Shown: piece by piece, positions 9,953 to 20,224 of the stretch | Position numbering within the stretch: position 1 is the stretch's first letter | How the letters are laid out: each line of letters opens with the position of its first letter | NCBI GenBank assembly: GCA_965203175.1 | Contig: OZ241867.1 | Span: 2,208,001-2,272,000, forward strand | Direction: 5' to 3' | Length of the DNA: 64,000 nucleotides | From: Candidatus Latescibacterota bacterium | Lineage (GTDB): Bacteria; Latescibacterota; UBA2968; UBA8231 | The notes under the pieces: generated by a model | The model's database searches: none | What the model saw: only the letters and a program-made list of their open reading frames with translations | What the model was told of the DNA's origin: nothing | Translations under genes and position numbers: made by a program

Positions 9953-10693
9953 GTGATGACGATGAAGAAAGATTGGTGCGCCGAGGAGTTTCGCTGCATG
10001 GTCGCCTTTGGCGAGAGCACCACCGCTGGCGGCTGGAGCACCGCTCCTGATCGCTGTTGGGTGCCTCTGCTGGGCGCGCTCATCAACGACTTTCAGACCA
10101 CGCCTATGCAGGTTGTCAACTCTGGAATCGGTGCCAACCTCATCGCCAGGCGCAGCCCGGCGTACGAGGAGAGCGGAAAGCCGGCGGCCGACGAGCGCCT
10201 CGACAAACACGTCCTCTCCCACAATCCCGACCTGCTCGCGATCTCCTACGGCCTCAACGACGCCCGGGGCGGTACGCCATTGGCCCAGTTTTGCGAGGAT
10301 CTCGTCCTGCTCGTGGGGCGCGTGCGCCAACGCGGGAATCCGCTCATCCTGTTGCTTGGCCCCTACTTCATGACCGACTTCACCGTCGGGGGGAAGACCT
10401 GGAGCCACGCCGATCTGCCCCTGTTCAGGCGCTTCAACGCGGCCACGGCCGAGGTGGCGGCACAACTCGACTGTCTGTACGTCGATCTGCTGGCTGCGAG
10501 CGGTGAAGCGCCTTGGATGGTCCACTACGACGGCGTGCACCAGAACGACCTCGGCCACCAGATCGTCGCCAACCGCATCTTCGAGGTGCTTGCCCAGAAT
10601 TGTTCCTGCTTGGCGAAGCGAACCCGGCAGTCCGAGCAGACCAGTCCGAGGTGGAGGGACGAGTCGGTGCTGAAGTCCGACTATGGCTTCTGA
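9953..10693 (+). CDS. SGNH/GDSL hydrolase
   Basis: AFGESTTAG, NSGIG, YGLND, DGVH blocks. Confidence 0.85.
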   Translation: MMTMKKDWCAEEFRCMVAFGESTTAGGWSTAPDRCWVPLLGALINDFQTTPMQVVNSGIGANLIARRSPAYEESGKPAADERLDKHVLSHNPDLLAISYGLNDARGGTPLAQFCEDLVLLVGRVRQRGNPLILLLGPYFMTDFTVGGKTWSHADLPLFRRFNAATAEVAAQLDCLYVDLLAASGEAPWMVHYDGVHQNDLGHQIVANRIFEVLAQNCSCLAKRTRQSEQTSPRWRDESVLKSDYGF

Positions 10694-10708
10694 CTCGGGA
10701 AAGGAGAT

Positions 10709-11743
10709 ATGAGCGCCATGATTCGCGTCGCTATCGCCGGCTGCCACCGCCAGGTCCTGCGCAAACCGACGAGCCACAACTTCGCCGCCGCCTTCTGCTC
10801 CCATCCCGACGCGGAAGTAGTCGGTGTTTTCGACTACGGCGAACGAGAACGCGCAGAATTTGTCGAGTGCTGGCGGGATGTGTGGGGAGAGGTGCCGACC
10901 TTTGACGACTACGAGGAGCTTCTCAAGGAGGTTACTCCCGACATCGTCTGCATTGCCACTCGACAGACGATGCACGCCGACCAGATCGAAAGGGCAGTGG
11001 CCGCCGGCGTCCGCGGGATTCTAAGCGACAAACCGCTGGCCACGACCCTCGCCGAAATGGATCGCATTGTCGCGGCCTGTGCGGAGATCCCCCTTGCCTT
11101 CGCCCTCGACCGGCGCTGGGACTCCGCCTATCGAGCGCTAAGCTCGGCCCTCGCTGGCGGCCTGATCGGCGAGGCGACCAGTTTGGTGGCATACGGCATC
11201 CCGAATACAATCAATCACGGCTGTCACTGGTACGACGCCGTGCTCGCGCTGTTGGGAGATCCAGAGCCCGCATGGGTCAGCGGTTTTGTCGACTCCAGCG
11301 ACTCCGCGGATGAGCGCCGCCGGATGGATCCGCCCTGCCGTGCGCAGATTGGGATGGACAACGGCGCTGTCGCCTATGTAACCTGCGACGGACCCAAAGG
11401 CCCCGCCTTTGAGATTGCGGGCGATGGTGGACGGATTTCCGTATTCGCCGACGCGAGCGCTGCCCGCATCTGGAGGGGCGATTCTGAAGAGTTATTTCCC
11501 CTGCCGCCGAAGGCGGAGGGCTGGCCGGCTGGCATGAACATGGTAAGCGACCTAGTCCGCGCCGTCAAAGAGGGTGGCCGCACTGCGTGCGACATCTCCG
11601 AGGCCCGACGCTCCACTGAAATCGGATTCGCCATCTGCTCTTCCTCGGAGCGGGAAGGCGTCCGGGCTGCGCTGCCCGCAGCAGATCGCTCCCTCCGCGT
11701 CGAGTCGTATCCGTGGGGGAACGAAGCTCCGAATGCGGTCTAA
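10709..11743 (+). CDS. Gfo/Idh/MocA oxidoreductase
   Basis: PDIVCIAT, ILSDKPLATT, NHGCHWYD. Confidence 0.88.
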   Translation: MSAMIRVAIAGCHRQVLRKPTSHNFAAAFCSHPDAEVVGVFDYGERERAEFVECWRDVWGEVPTFDDYEELLKEVTPDIVCIATRQTMHADQIERAVAAGVRGILSDKPLATTLAEMDRIVAACAEIPLAFALDRRWDSAYRALSSALAGGLIGEATSLVAYGIPNTINHGCHWYDAVLALLGDPEPAWVSGFVDSSDSADERRRMDPPCRAQIGMDNGAVAYVTCDGPKGPAFEIAGDGGRISVFADASAARIWRGDSEELFPLPPKAEGWPAGMNMVSDLVRAVKEGGRTACDISEARRSTEIGFAICSSSEREGVRAALPAADRSLRVESYPWGNEAPNAV

Positions 11744-11770
11744 CCCAATCCATGCGACAAGCTGGGTGAA

Positions 11771-12613
11771 TCACCCCCGCGATGGCTCGGCGTTTTCCCG
11801 CCGATGGCGCTGATGCACCTCCACCATCTTGAAGTCGTTGTCTATGACCTGCTGCAAATGCACCATGCGCTCTGGTCCGGCAGTGCGCAACATGGCTTCG
11901 CCGTGGATGCGGTCAATCCAGAACCGCCCCTCATTGGCCAGCGCGTTCTGGAAGTCCTCTAGGCGCTCGTCGGGCACGTGTTCGTAGAAATTCATGGTGT
12001 ACATGCGCCGCCGCTGCGAGCCGCCGAAAGCGGCGTGTTTGGTATTGTGCCAAAATACGACAATGTCGCCCGGCTGGGTCTCCACCACTTGGCACGGCAC
12101 TTGGTCGGGTGCCACCCCCCACGCTGCTTCGCTGTCGGGCAGAGCCTCTTGTAGGCCGTCGGCATAGGCATCGCCGCAGTGATGACTGCCCGGAATGATG
12201 CGCACTGCGCCCGTGTCTTGGGTCAGCGGATCTAGGTAAAAAGCGATCTTAATGCTGGGGATGCGGTCGCCGTTGTACCCATCCGAATGCCAACGCGTAT
12301 CGCCGACGTAGAAATTGCCGTCGCCGCTGGTGTAGTTGAAATCATCGCCCAAAATGCTGGCGGCAATATCGTGGATGCGCGGGTCGTCAAGCAAGCTGCT
12401 CAGGTATTCGCTCTGGTCGGGAAAGGGCACAATGCACGAGCGCGCCCGGCCTTCGTGCCCCTTGCCGTGATGCCCCCCGCCGTGCGCGGCCCACACGGCC
12501 TCGAATTCTTCGATAATGCGGTCGATGCAATCGGCCATCAGACCGGGAAAATACAGATAGCCGAAGGTGTTGAAGAAGTTGAGTTGCTGCTGTGTCAAGC
12601 GCGTCTCGGACAT
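11771..12613 (-). CDS. PhyH-family dioxygenase
   Basis: FFNTFGYL, WHSD, IIPGSH, PGDIVVFWHNTKHA. Confidence 0.88.
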   Translation of the reverse strand: MSETRLTQQQLNFFNTFGYLYFPGLMADCIDRIIEEFEAVWAAHGGGHHGKGHEGRARSCIVPFPDQSEYLSSLLDDPRIHDIAASILGDDFNYTSGDGNFYVGDTRWHSDGYNGDRIPSIKIAFYLDPLTQDTGAVRIIPGSHHCGDAYADGLQEALPDSEAAWGVAPDQVPCQVVETQPGDIVVFWHNTKHAAFGGSQRRRMYTMNFYEHVPDERLEDFQNALANEGRFWIDRIHGEAMLRTAGPERMVHLQQVIDNDFKMVEVHQRHRRENAEPSRG

Positions 12614-12748
12614 GTTCTCTCCTTCAGATTATTCCCACGGGTCCGCATGAGGTTGCCGTGATTCAGAATCGCGGCCTGGCGACCGCTGACAATCCTCCCT
12701 TGATATCCGGTACCAGACCGACGGAGAAGTGGCGGGCTTCAGGGGGAC

Positions 12749-13711
12749 TTATCCGGTCGCCTGATACACCTCGTCGAGCCAGACTACCATCTCAGCCGTC
12801 GCGTCGTTGCTCGGAGTACCTTCCGATCCGGTCATCGCCCACCAGCCGCTGGCGCGCTGCTGATCGACGATGTTGCCGGCCACCTTGATCGCCATGTCGC
12901 GGTACAAGCTCTCCCGGGTCAGAGTCCACAGCAGCGACGCCGCCCACATCACTTTTCCGGCGCGCAGCAACCGGCAGAGGTGGTCCGTGGCGGTCTCGGC
13001 GAAGCGCATGTACTCCCTAGCCAGCGCAAGCCACTGCTCGTCGCCGGTGGCCTGGTAGAGGCGAGCGAGAAAGCCACCCGCGATGCCCGGGTGGAAGAAG
13101 TACTGATCCCCCTTGGCGGCATTGACCAGTACGTAGCGAATCGGGTCCGTGGGGTCGATGTCGGTTACGAGCCCGCCAGCCGGCGTGGCGACGGTGTACA
13201 TCTCCTCCGGGTAGTTCGGCTGCTCATCCATCATCCGCTGCATCCAGCGTCCCACACCGCAGGCGATGTCGAGGCGGTTGGTGTACAGAGCGGCATGACC
13301 GCAGCCACTCGTGACCCACAAGTCCTGCGGAGTGTCCGGCTGACGCTCGCTCGGGTGGGACCAGAACCCGCCGCTGCCGTCGTAGAAGCCCATCAAGAAG
13401 TCCATGCCCTTCTGCGCGATGTCGAACTGTGCGAGCCGGGCTGCGCCGATGACGACCCAGGTGTTGAAGTAAGCGTAGTAGTAGCCGTTGGTGAATTCGG
13501 TTCTGGGGCCAAAGTCGCCATCTGAGGTCATACCGTTGCGGCGCACCCAATCGAGCAGGCGGTTGGCCGCATGGGTCTCGCCGCAAACCTGGAACGCCGT
13601 CGGCACCTTGTAATACTCTGCGACAGTGCCATTGCCGAAGCTGCCGTCTGCACAAAGGTGTTGCAGCAGGTACTCGCAGCCTCTGTCGCGGGCTTGGCGA
13701 AAGGTGTTCAT
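12749..13711 (-). CDS. Hypothetical protein, probable (alpha/alpha)-toroid fold
   Basis: ARDRGCEYLL..DGSFG, QQRASGWW, LARLYQATGDEQWLALA helical-repeat motifs. Confidence 0.55.
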   Translation of the reverse strand: MNTFRQARDRGCEYLLQHLCADGSFGNGTVAEYYKVPTAFQVCGETHAANRLLDWVRRNGMTSDGDFGPRTEFTNGYYYAYFNTWVVIGAARLAQFDIAQKGMDFLMGFYDGSGGFWSHPSERQPDTPQDLWVTSGCGHAALYTNRLDIACGVGRWMQRMMDEQPNYPEEMYTVATPAGGLVTDIDPTDPIRYVLVNAAKGDQYFFHPGIAGGFLARLYQATGDEQWLALAREYMRFAETATDHLCRLLRAGKVMWAASLLWTLTRESLYRDMAIKVAGNIVDQQRASGWWAMTGSEGTPSNDATAEMVVWLDEVYQATG

Positions 13712-13922
13712 TTGGTTCTATAGCGCTGCGGCCATGAGTTCATTGCCCGCATGTCCTTCTGTAAAAAGGCCGGTTCCATCGCGGTTAAGATGTGGACATT
13801 ATAGAGAGCTTTGGGGGGCCTGGTCAAGGAGTAGCACATGCGGTCCCCTTTTCAGAATTGCAGCGCGGAGACCACTTCCCGGGCGAAGGCGCAACCTCAA
13901 GTCAGCGGACCAGGTGCCCGAG

Positions 13923-14408
13923 TTAGTTGGAACTCGCAGGGGGATTTGGATCGGGGTGGATCGGATCAATCCAATACACTTCTTCGGGTTCTTCAACAGC
14001 CAGAATGTCCAGATTCACGACCACGGGCTCCTGATCGCTGCGCACCAGCACGCATTCCAAAGGTTCATCCCGACTGGCATTGATCTCCTGATGCGGCACG
14101 TAGGGCGGCACGTAGATAAAATCACCTGGCCCTGCTTCTGCCACGTACTCCAATTGATTGCCCCACCGCATTCGCACCTTGCCGCGCACCACGTAAATCA
14201 CGCTTTCCAAGGCCCCGTGATGGTGCGCTCCAGTCTTTGCATTGGGATGAATCTCAACCGTACCTGCCCAGAGCTTTTCGGCGCCCGCACTTGCGCGATT
14301 GATCGCCGCTGCACGCGTCATCCCCGGCGTCTGTGGCGTATTGAAATCCAACCGCTCACTCGTCACCACCCGCACCCCGTGATTCCGCCAGTCCTTTTTG
14401 TCGTCCAC
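13923..14408 (-). CDS. Cupin domain protein
   Basis: TGAHHHGALESVIYV...PGDFIYVPPYVPHQEIN. Confidence 0.88.
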   Translation of the reverse strand: MDDKKDWRNHGVRVVTSERLDFNTPQTPGMTRAAAINRASAGAEKLWAGTVEIHPNAKTGAHHHGALESVIYVVRGKVRMRWGNQLEYVAEAGPGDFIYVPPYVPHQEINASRDEPLECVLVRSDQEPVVVNLDILAVEEPEEVYWIDPIHPDPNPPASSN

Positions 14409-14457
14409 GATACGGCACTCCTAAAATGAGAGAATGGAAGTCGCGTTTGAGAAGTTC

Positions 14458-15216
14458 CTATAATGAAAGGATCTCCCGCACCAGCACCAGGATACTCGCG
14501 ACGGCGATGACGCTGACGACCGCTTGGCGAAAGACCTTTTCGTTCATCCGTCCGGTCAGGCGGACCGATAGCCAGTACCCGAGAATCATCCCCGGGACTA
14601 CGGCAACTATCAGGATGAGGCGTTCTGCCGTAAGCAGTCCTTGCGCGACGTAGCCGATGGCGGCCGTGCAGTACATGGTAGTGAAGAAGAACGCCATGGA
14701 AGACCGGACGCCCTGACGTTCCATGCCGCGTCCGATGAAAAACAGGACGAGCAGTGGGCCGCCGATGGCAAGCCCGGTGACCATGGCGGCCACCCCAAAG
14801 CCCAGCATCGGACCGGTGATCTGTGGTTTGGGAATGCGCCACTCGGTCTTGACCACAACGAGCACCGTGAGCATCAGAACGAGCGCGCTTATGGCGATTC
14901 GTAGCGCCGACGGGTCCAGGGAGGCGAGGGCGTACGCCCCGATTGGCGCGCCGAGAGCACCGGCGACGGCTGTTGGGGCGAGTTCGCGATAGGGGACGTG
15001 GTCGCGGGTTTCGATGAGAACGAGCCCGAACGCGACGACGGCCACGGCATTGATCGTAACTACGACCGTCTGCGGATCGAGGAACAGAAGCAGGACCGGT
15101 GTAGTGGTGAGACCGAAGCCAAAGCCAACGGCACCGATGGCGAACCCAGCGACGATCAGCACCAACGCCGCTATGGCGATCTCAATCGGGATCGGTATCA
15201 GGGACTGTCCCACCAT
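14458..15216 (-). CDS. TSUP/TauE-SafE family membrane transporter
   Basis: Hydrophobic multi-TM protein with GAVGFGFGL and GLAIGGP motifs. Confidence 0.85.
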   Translation of the reverse strand: MVGQSLIPIPIEIAIAALVLIVAGFAIGAVGFGFGLTTTPVLLLFLDPQTVVVTINAVAVVAFGLVLIETRDHVPYRELAPTAVAGALGAPIGAYALASLDPSALRIAISALVLMLTVLVVVKTEWRIPKPQITGPMLGFGVAAMVTGLAIGGPLLVLFFIGRGMERQGVRSSMAFFFTTMYCTAAIGYVAQGLLTAERLILIVAVVPGMILGYWLSVRLTGRMNEKVFRQAVVSVIAVASILVLVREILSL

Positions 15217-15252
15217 ACCATGTCGTAGTCGCCGAGAGCATCCCGGTTTTCC

Positions 15253-18021
15253 CTACAGGCTCCGCTCTAGCCCAGCCTCCAGCGCCGCTTCGATCCGCGC
15301 CCTCGTTTCATCGAGGTGGGCCCGGCTGTACGCGTCCAGGCCGCCGCCGTCCAGCCGCGCCTCGATCCCTGCAGCGATGGTCTGCAAATCCGCCCGGGCC
15401 AAGGTGCGGGCGTCTTCGGGCGTGCCGTAGGCGGGCCTGAGCACCAGACCGATTAGTTTTTGTAGCTGTGCCCGCTGCAAGTTGCGGCGAAAGCTGTCGA
15501 TGGAGTCGCCCGTCTCCAACTCCGCCCAGATGGCCTGCCGCAGTCCGGTGAACAGATCAACCATCCCGAAGGTCTCGTCGCCTTCGTAGCGCAGTTCCAG
15601 ATCCTGTAGCCGGCTCAACAGAGTTGGATCGTAGAACCGGTCGAGTGGCTGCCGTTGGATGCTCAGCACCCTATCGTGGATAGGATAGTCGATCCGCCGC
15701 ACGTCGAACACCGACCAAGTGAAATCGACCCAGCGCTCTGGTGCCAGCTTGTTGAGCAGTTCCGGCGACCAGCGGAAGGCGTCCGGCCCGAACACGTGTT
15801 CCACCAGAAAGTCGAGCGCCTCCCGCTGCCGGGCAGGCGGCACTGGCTGTAGGGGGAGTCGTCCATCGCCCACGTGGTCGCGGTAGTGATAGATACCACC
15901 GATGTAGCGGCTGACATTGCCCGCCCCCGAAAAGTAGGGCCTAAAGCCCCAGCCGAATACCCGCCGCAGGGTTTGGTAGCGCTCGCCCTTCTGCTCGAAT
16001 TTGTCTTCCACTTTGGCCCACAGTTCTTTTGACAGGGCGATCTGGTCGCGGTAGTGGGCAATTGGGTCGTCGCGCAAATCCCAGCGCGCTGCGCTCGGGT
16101 CGATTCCCCGAGTCCAGTATAGGGCGTCTTCGTCCGTGCCGTAGGCTAGATCTTTCTCTGCGACTTGGCTGGCGATCTTGTCCAGTTGGGCCCGCTCGCT
16201 TGCAGGACTGTCTGTCTCTACTGGCCGGTAGGCGTATTCAATAGCCCAGTAGTCGTACGGCCCCAGCGTCGTCTGATAGTACTCGCCCTGCTCGTGGCCC
16301 TCTGGGGCGATGTTGACCGGGTTGTAGTCCATTACCGAACTGGAGATGCCCTCTTTGTCGGTGACGCGGCGGTCGTGTAGCTCGTCGAGCGCGTGGATAG
16401 TGCTGCCTTTGAAATTGTGCCGCAGGCCGAGGGTGTGGCCCACTTCGTGTGCTATCAACTCGACGATTAGCTGACGGATGAATTCCTTTTCGTCCACCTC
16501 GCCTCCACCGGCTGCGGCCCGCGCTTCCAGCAAGTGCCACCCGAAAGCGGCCTCCTGCCTCAGCCCGTCGGCCATATCGCAGAATCCTCTGTTGTGCCCC
16601 ATAGCTGCGGCGGGCGAAGGCGCAGTGAAGTCCCCGCTGGCCCAAGGTCCCCGGTCTACAGGATCGACGAGTTCGGTGAACTCTAAGTAGGCGTAGCGCA
16701 CAAAATCCGCGCTGATGCGGATATCGGCGTCGAAAATCTCGCCGGTAAAGGGATTGGTGCGCGATGGGCCTACTGCGTACCCTTGGCCGGGCTGCACCAT
16801 CCAGCGCACCACGTTGTAGCGCGCATCGGCCGCGTCCCACTCGGCGTCGTCCGGCTGCTGCTTGGCCTCAATCGCTCCCTCAAAGCCGAGTGGCTCGAAC
16901 GCCTTGTTCCACACTAGGATCCCCTCCCGCACGGCGTCTCGGTACTCTGGTGGAATCGTGTTTTCCAGCCAGAACACAATCGGCTTTTTGGGCGGCGACT
17001 GGTCGAATTTGGGCTCGGCTTTCTCTAGGTGCCAGCGATTGACGTAGCGCACGTACGGGTCGTCATTGAGCACTGAGGTGTAGTCTTGGTGCAAGGTGGT
17101 GAAGTGCCCCACTCGGTCGTCGGCCAAGCGCGGGCGGAAATCCGATTCGGGTAGGCTGGACAGGCTGTAGTGGTAGATGTGCTGGAAACTGCGCGTATCT
17201 GCTAGGGTGGGGATGTCCATTCTGGGCGAATTGGATTTAAAGTGTAGCACCACGTCGATCTCAGTATTGTGCGGAAAATTCTTTAGCGCGCCGAAATAGC
17301 TGTTGTCGTTGTCGAAGCTATACGAACCCTCTTTGAGGTATCTGCTGAAGAAGGAACTTACCGAGGCGATGTCCTGAACGAAGAAATCGTTTGGGTCCAC
17401 CAGCACCGCGCCGGTCTCGGGATGGGGCTGCCCTTCAATGCTGCCGACGCCGAGGATCGAGTCGGACAGGCCTCGGTCCACGGCTCGGTGGATGGCAGCG
17501 TCTGGCTCGGCCCGGTAGTACACATTCTTGTGGGCGAAGAATACTTTTTTGCCGACTCGCTGAAAGACAAAGGGAAACGTGCCCCAGCCTCGACCGATGG
17601 AGACTAGCGAAGCCGAATCAAAGAAGTAGCCGTCGCCCTGCGTGCGCGTGATGCTGCACAGGTAGATCTGGTCGAACTGATCGGGCCGAATGGCCAAGAA
17701 CACTTTGTTCTCCTCTGGATCCCGGTACAGCTCGAACAGGCCTTCGATCTTGTCGAAGTCCTTGATTACTTTTGAAAATTTGGGGCCTTTGTCTTCTTCG
17801 TCTTCTTCGTCTTCTTCGTCCTCCTTGTCCTCTTTGTCCTTTTCGTCTTCTTCGTCCTTTTCCTTGTCGGCGGCCTCTTCCTCGACGGTTTCCTCTTTTG
17901 CTTCCTCCGCCCAGACGGTCCCCGTCCCCCATAAGCCGAGGATGGCGACCAGCAATATCCATTTGAATGCGCGCACAGTATTACTCAGTTCCATCTCAAT
18001 GCACCTCGCGGTTTGGATCAT
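15253..18021 (-). CDS. Secreted zinc-dependent metalloprotease (EcxA/DUF4953-DUF5117-like)
   Basis: HEVGHTLGLRHNF, SSVMDY Met-turn, signal peptide followed by an acidic E/D/K tract. Confidence 0.88.
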   Translation of the reverse strand: MIQTARCIEMELSNTVRAFKWILLVAILGLWGTGTVWAEEAKEETVEEEAADKEKDEEDEKDKEDKEDEEDEEDEEDKGPKFSKVIKDFDKIEGLFELYRDPEENKVFLAIRPDQFDQIYLCSITRTQGDGYFFDSASLVSIGRGWGTFPFVFQRVGKKVFFAHKNVYYRAEPDAAIHRAVDRGLSDSILGVGSIEGQPHPETGAVLVDPNDFFVQDIASVSSFFSRYLKEGSYSFDNDNSYFGALKNFPHNTEIDVVLHFKSNSPRMDIPTLADTRSFQHIYHYSLSSLPESDFRPRLADDRVGHFTTLHQDYTSVLNDDPYVRYVNRWHLEKAEPKFDQSPPKKPIVFWLENTIPPEYRDAVREGILVWNKAFEPLGFEGAIEAKQQPDDAEWDAADARYNVVRWMVQPGQGYAVGPSRTNPFTGEIFDADIRISADFVRYAYLEFTELVDPVDRGPWASGDFTAPSPAAAMGHNRGFCDMADGLRQEAAFGWHLLEARAAAGGGEVDEKEFIRQLIVELIAHEVGHTLGLRHNFKGSTIHALDELHDRRVTDKEGISSSVMDYNPVNIAPEGHEQGEYYQTTLGPYDYWAIEYAYRPVETDSPASERAQLDKIASQVAEKDLAYGTDEDALYWTRGIDPSAARWDLRDDPIAHYRDQIALSKELWAKVEDKFEQKGERYQTLRRVFGWGFRPYFSGAGNVSRYIGGIYHYRDHVGDGRLPLQPVPPARQREALDFLVEHVFGPDAFRWSPELLNKLAPERWVDFTWSVFDVRRIDYPIHDRVLSIQRQPLDRFYDPTLLSRLQDLELRYEGDETFGMVDLFTGLRQAIWAELETGDSIDSFRRNLQRAQLQKLIGLVLRPAYGTPEDARTLARADLQTIAAGIEARLDGGGLDAYSRAHLDETRARIEAALEAGLERSL
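17791..17910 (-). repeat. Low-complexity acidic tract (9-bp EDE/EDK repeats)
   Basis: GTCTTCTTC repeats encoding EEAADKEKDEEDEKDKEDKEDEEDEEDEEDK. Confidence 0.7.
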
Positions 18022-18440
18022 TCACAGTAAACTCGGACCTTGTCGTCCCCGTCGTGGATATTGACCTCGATCTCGCTTAGAGCGTCGATTAGCTGCTCTA
18101 GATCCTCAGCTCGCAGGTTGTCAATGTCAACGTTGATGCCGCTTTTCTTCATCTTCTTCTTGATTCCTTTCTCCGCCTTTTCCGGGAGCAAGGTGTGTAG
18201 CTTGACTCCGGCCTTGATCAACGCCAGCGGCACTCGGACGTCGATGTGCTCATCATCGTCCGAGTCGATGGTGACTCTCAGATACCGCCGGGCTGATCCC
18301 ACGCTTGGGGATGCTAGCGGCTGCATCGCTGTGGTCTCCTTTGGCTCCTCGTCAACGAGGGAGAGCAGGCGCTCGGCCTCATCGACGGACACCTTGCCCT
18401 CTGATAGCATCTCAAGTACGCGTCTGCTGTTTTCGTTCAT
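18018..18440 (-). CDS. SHOCT-like bihelical domain protein (YvlB-like)
   Basis: RRVLEMLSEGKVSVDEAERLL followed by IDVRVPLAL. Confidence 0.75.
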   Translation of the reverse strand: MNENSRRVLEMLSEGKVSVDEAERLLSLVDEEPKETTAMQPLASPSVGSARRYLRVTIDSDDDEHIDVRVPLALIKAGVKLHTLLPEKAEKGIKKKMKKSGINVDIDNLRAEDLEQLIDALSEIEVNIHDGDDKVRVYCE

Positions 18441-18464
18441 GGTTGTTCTCCTTTTTGTGTCTGG

Positions 18465-19553
18465 CTATTGAATTGTAACGGAGCCGTTCACGGTTTTGGC
18501 GCTCAGTCCGGCCTCGCCTTCGCCCACTGCCCCCTTGAGTATTTGGCGCTTTTCGACCGACGCGACGAAGCCTGGCACCTCGCAGCGGACTCGCCCGTTG
18601 ACCGTTGCAGCCGTCAGCTTGAGGCTCGGGTCGTCGTCCAGAGCTACTTTGATATTGCCGTTTGTGGTGTATAGTGTGCTGCCGTCTCCGGGCTCGATGC
18701 TCCCCTGAAGCTTTATCGATCCATTGGTCGTCCGCGCATCGAAGCGGCCATGTGCGTCCTCAATGGACACGCGGCTGTTCGAGGTATAAAGCTCTGCCGA
18801 GCCGGAGAGCGTCTTGACCGTGATCGGGGCGTTCTTGGTCGTCGCTTTTAGGTCGCCCTTGAATTGTTCGACCCTTATAGGCCCGTTCTTGGTATGCACC
18901 GTCCCACTGCTTGCCGTTCCTTGGAGTTCCACCGGACCGTTGCCCGTTGCCAAGTCAACGCTAGTCGCGACGGGTACAGTAACCTCAATGTTTGCTCCGG
19001 CGTGCTGGCGAGAGAATCCGCGTAGGAATTCCTCGGATTGCTTATGCGGCTGATACGGCTTGGCCTCGACCGTGACGAGGTCGCCTTCCTGCACGGCGCT
19101 GTACTTGATTTCGTGGGGTTTTTTCAGCCTCGTCCGCACGCGAATCGAGCCGGGTTCGCCGGCGCGGACCCGAATGCGGCCGTTGAAGCCGCGCACTACG
19201 AGGCGCGGGTTGTCACCCACGGCGAACGTGTCGTCGCGCATGGAGGTCTTGCCGTCTTCGTCGCGGTCGCTGTCTTCGCTCTCTGACCACCCGGACAGAG
19301 ACTCTTCAAGTCCTGCGAGTCCTTCTTCGAGTCCTTTTTCGATTTCTTCACCGAGTCCTTCGAGGGAGTCTTGCAGCGCCTCAACGCCAGGTATCGGAGA
19401 TATCGGATCATTAATTCTACGCCTTCTGCGCTTCTTGCGAGTTTCGGCGCGGTGGGAGTCTTGCAGCGCCTCTAGGAGACGCTCAGCCTCTTCTACGGTG
19501 ACCTTCCCCGCCGAAAGCATGTCGAGGACTTTGCGTCGTTCTTCAGTCATCAC
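18465..19553 (-). CDS. DUF4097 (toastrack) protein with N-terminal SHOCT-like domain (LiaX/YvlB-like)
   Basis: ERRKVLDMLSAGKVTVEEAERLL, repeated TxNGxI beta-strand motifs. Confidence 0.85.
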   Translation of the reverse strand: MMTEERRKVLDMLSAGKVTVEEAERLLEALQDSHRAETRKKRRRRRINDPISPIPGVEALQDSLEGLGEEIEKGLEEGLAGLEESLSGWSESEDSDRDEDGKTSMRDDTFAVGDNPRLVVRGFNGRIRVRAGEPGSIRVRTRLKKPHEIKYSAVQEGDLVTVEAKPYQPHKQSEEFLRGFSRQHAGANIEVTVPVATSVDLATGNGPVELQGTASSGTVHTKNGPIRVEQFKGDLKATTKNAPITVKTLSGSAELYTSNSRVSIEDAHGRFDARTTNGSIKLQGSIEPGDGSTLYTTNGNIKVALDDDPSLKLTAATVNGRVRCEVPGFVASVEKRQILKGAVGEGEAGLSAKTVNGSVTIQ

Positions 19554-19559
19554 ATCCTC

Positions 19560-19835
19560 CTAGTCGATTGAAATGAACACGCGATCCTCGCCAGAGGCTA
19601 CGTCGCAGCGCAGGCCGCGCAGCGAGGCAAGCACGTATAGGAGCAAAGGGCCAGCCAGCAGGACGGAACGGCTCCGAGCGCGATGCCCCGAGCGCGCCGC
19701 TACTAGTAATGCAACAGGTGTCCCTAGCAGCACCACGACGACAACGAGCGGCCATAGCACTATGAGCGGGATCCACAGCCGAATGCGGCGCTTGTCGCCT
19801 TGGACTCGCAATCTCAGGAACATGGGTGGCAGCAT
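19560..19835 (-). CDS. Small membrane protein
   Basis: IRLWIPLIVLWPL hydrophobic segment; sits in the DUF2089 operon. Confidence 0.65.
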   Translation of the reverse strand: MLPPMFLRLRVQGDKRRIRLWIPLIVLWPLVVVVVLLGTPVALLVAARSGHRARSRSVLLAGPLLLYVLASLRGLRCDVASGEDRVFISID

Positions 19836-20224
19836 TAGGAGAGCCTCCGCAGCGCCTCTTCGACGTCAATTTCGCCGCGTTCCAAGCTGTCGAGTACTAC
19901 CGCTGATTGGGGATTCGAGCGCGGAGTGCTAGCCGATTCCGCGGTTTGAGTCACCGTCTCGACCAACGGTAGCTGCTCGGCAATGGCATCCAGTCGGTTT
20001 TTGACCGTCGGATAGCTGATGCCAAATATGCGCTCCATTTCCTTGATTGAGCCGTGGATTTGGACGAAGGCCATTACGAATACTTGGTCCTCGGCGGAAA
20101 GACGCGCCAGAACGGGCGGCTCGAATTGCCCTTCGATCGCGATGGCGCTGTCCGGCAGGGAAACCCGCTCTACCACGATACGCGCCCCCTTCGTCAGATC
20201 GGTTAGCTCTTTCCAGTCTTTGAT
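19835..20224 (-). CDS. DUF2089 family HTH protein, probable ATC start
   Basis: GSIKEMERIFGISYPTVKNRLD motif and C-terminal LERGEIDVEEAL. The frame is open to ATC at 20224, which has GGAGG 7 nt upstream. Confidence 0.8.
   Translation of the reverse strand: MKDWKELTDLTKGARIVVERVSLPDSAIAIEGQFEPPVLARLSAEDQVFVMAFVQIHGSIKEMERIFGISYPTVKNRLDAIAEQLPLVETVTQTAESASTPRSNPQSAVVLDSLERGEIDVEEALRRLS

Noticed and set aside
9917-10975. Long minus-strand ORF (352 aa); similarly 56690..57847 and 50727..51749
   Set aside because: They overlap well-supported genes and have no recognisable motifs; typical high-GC shadow ORFs.
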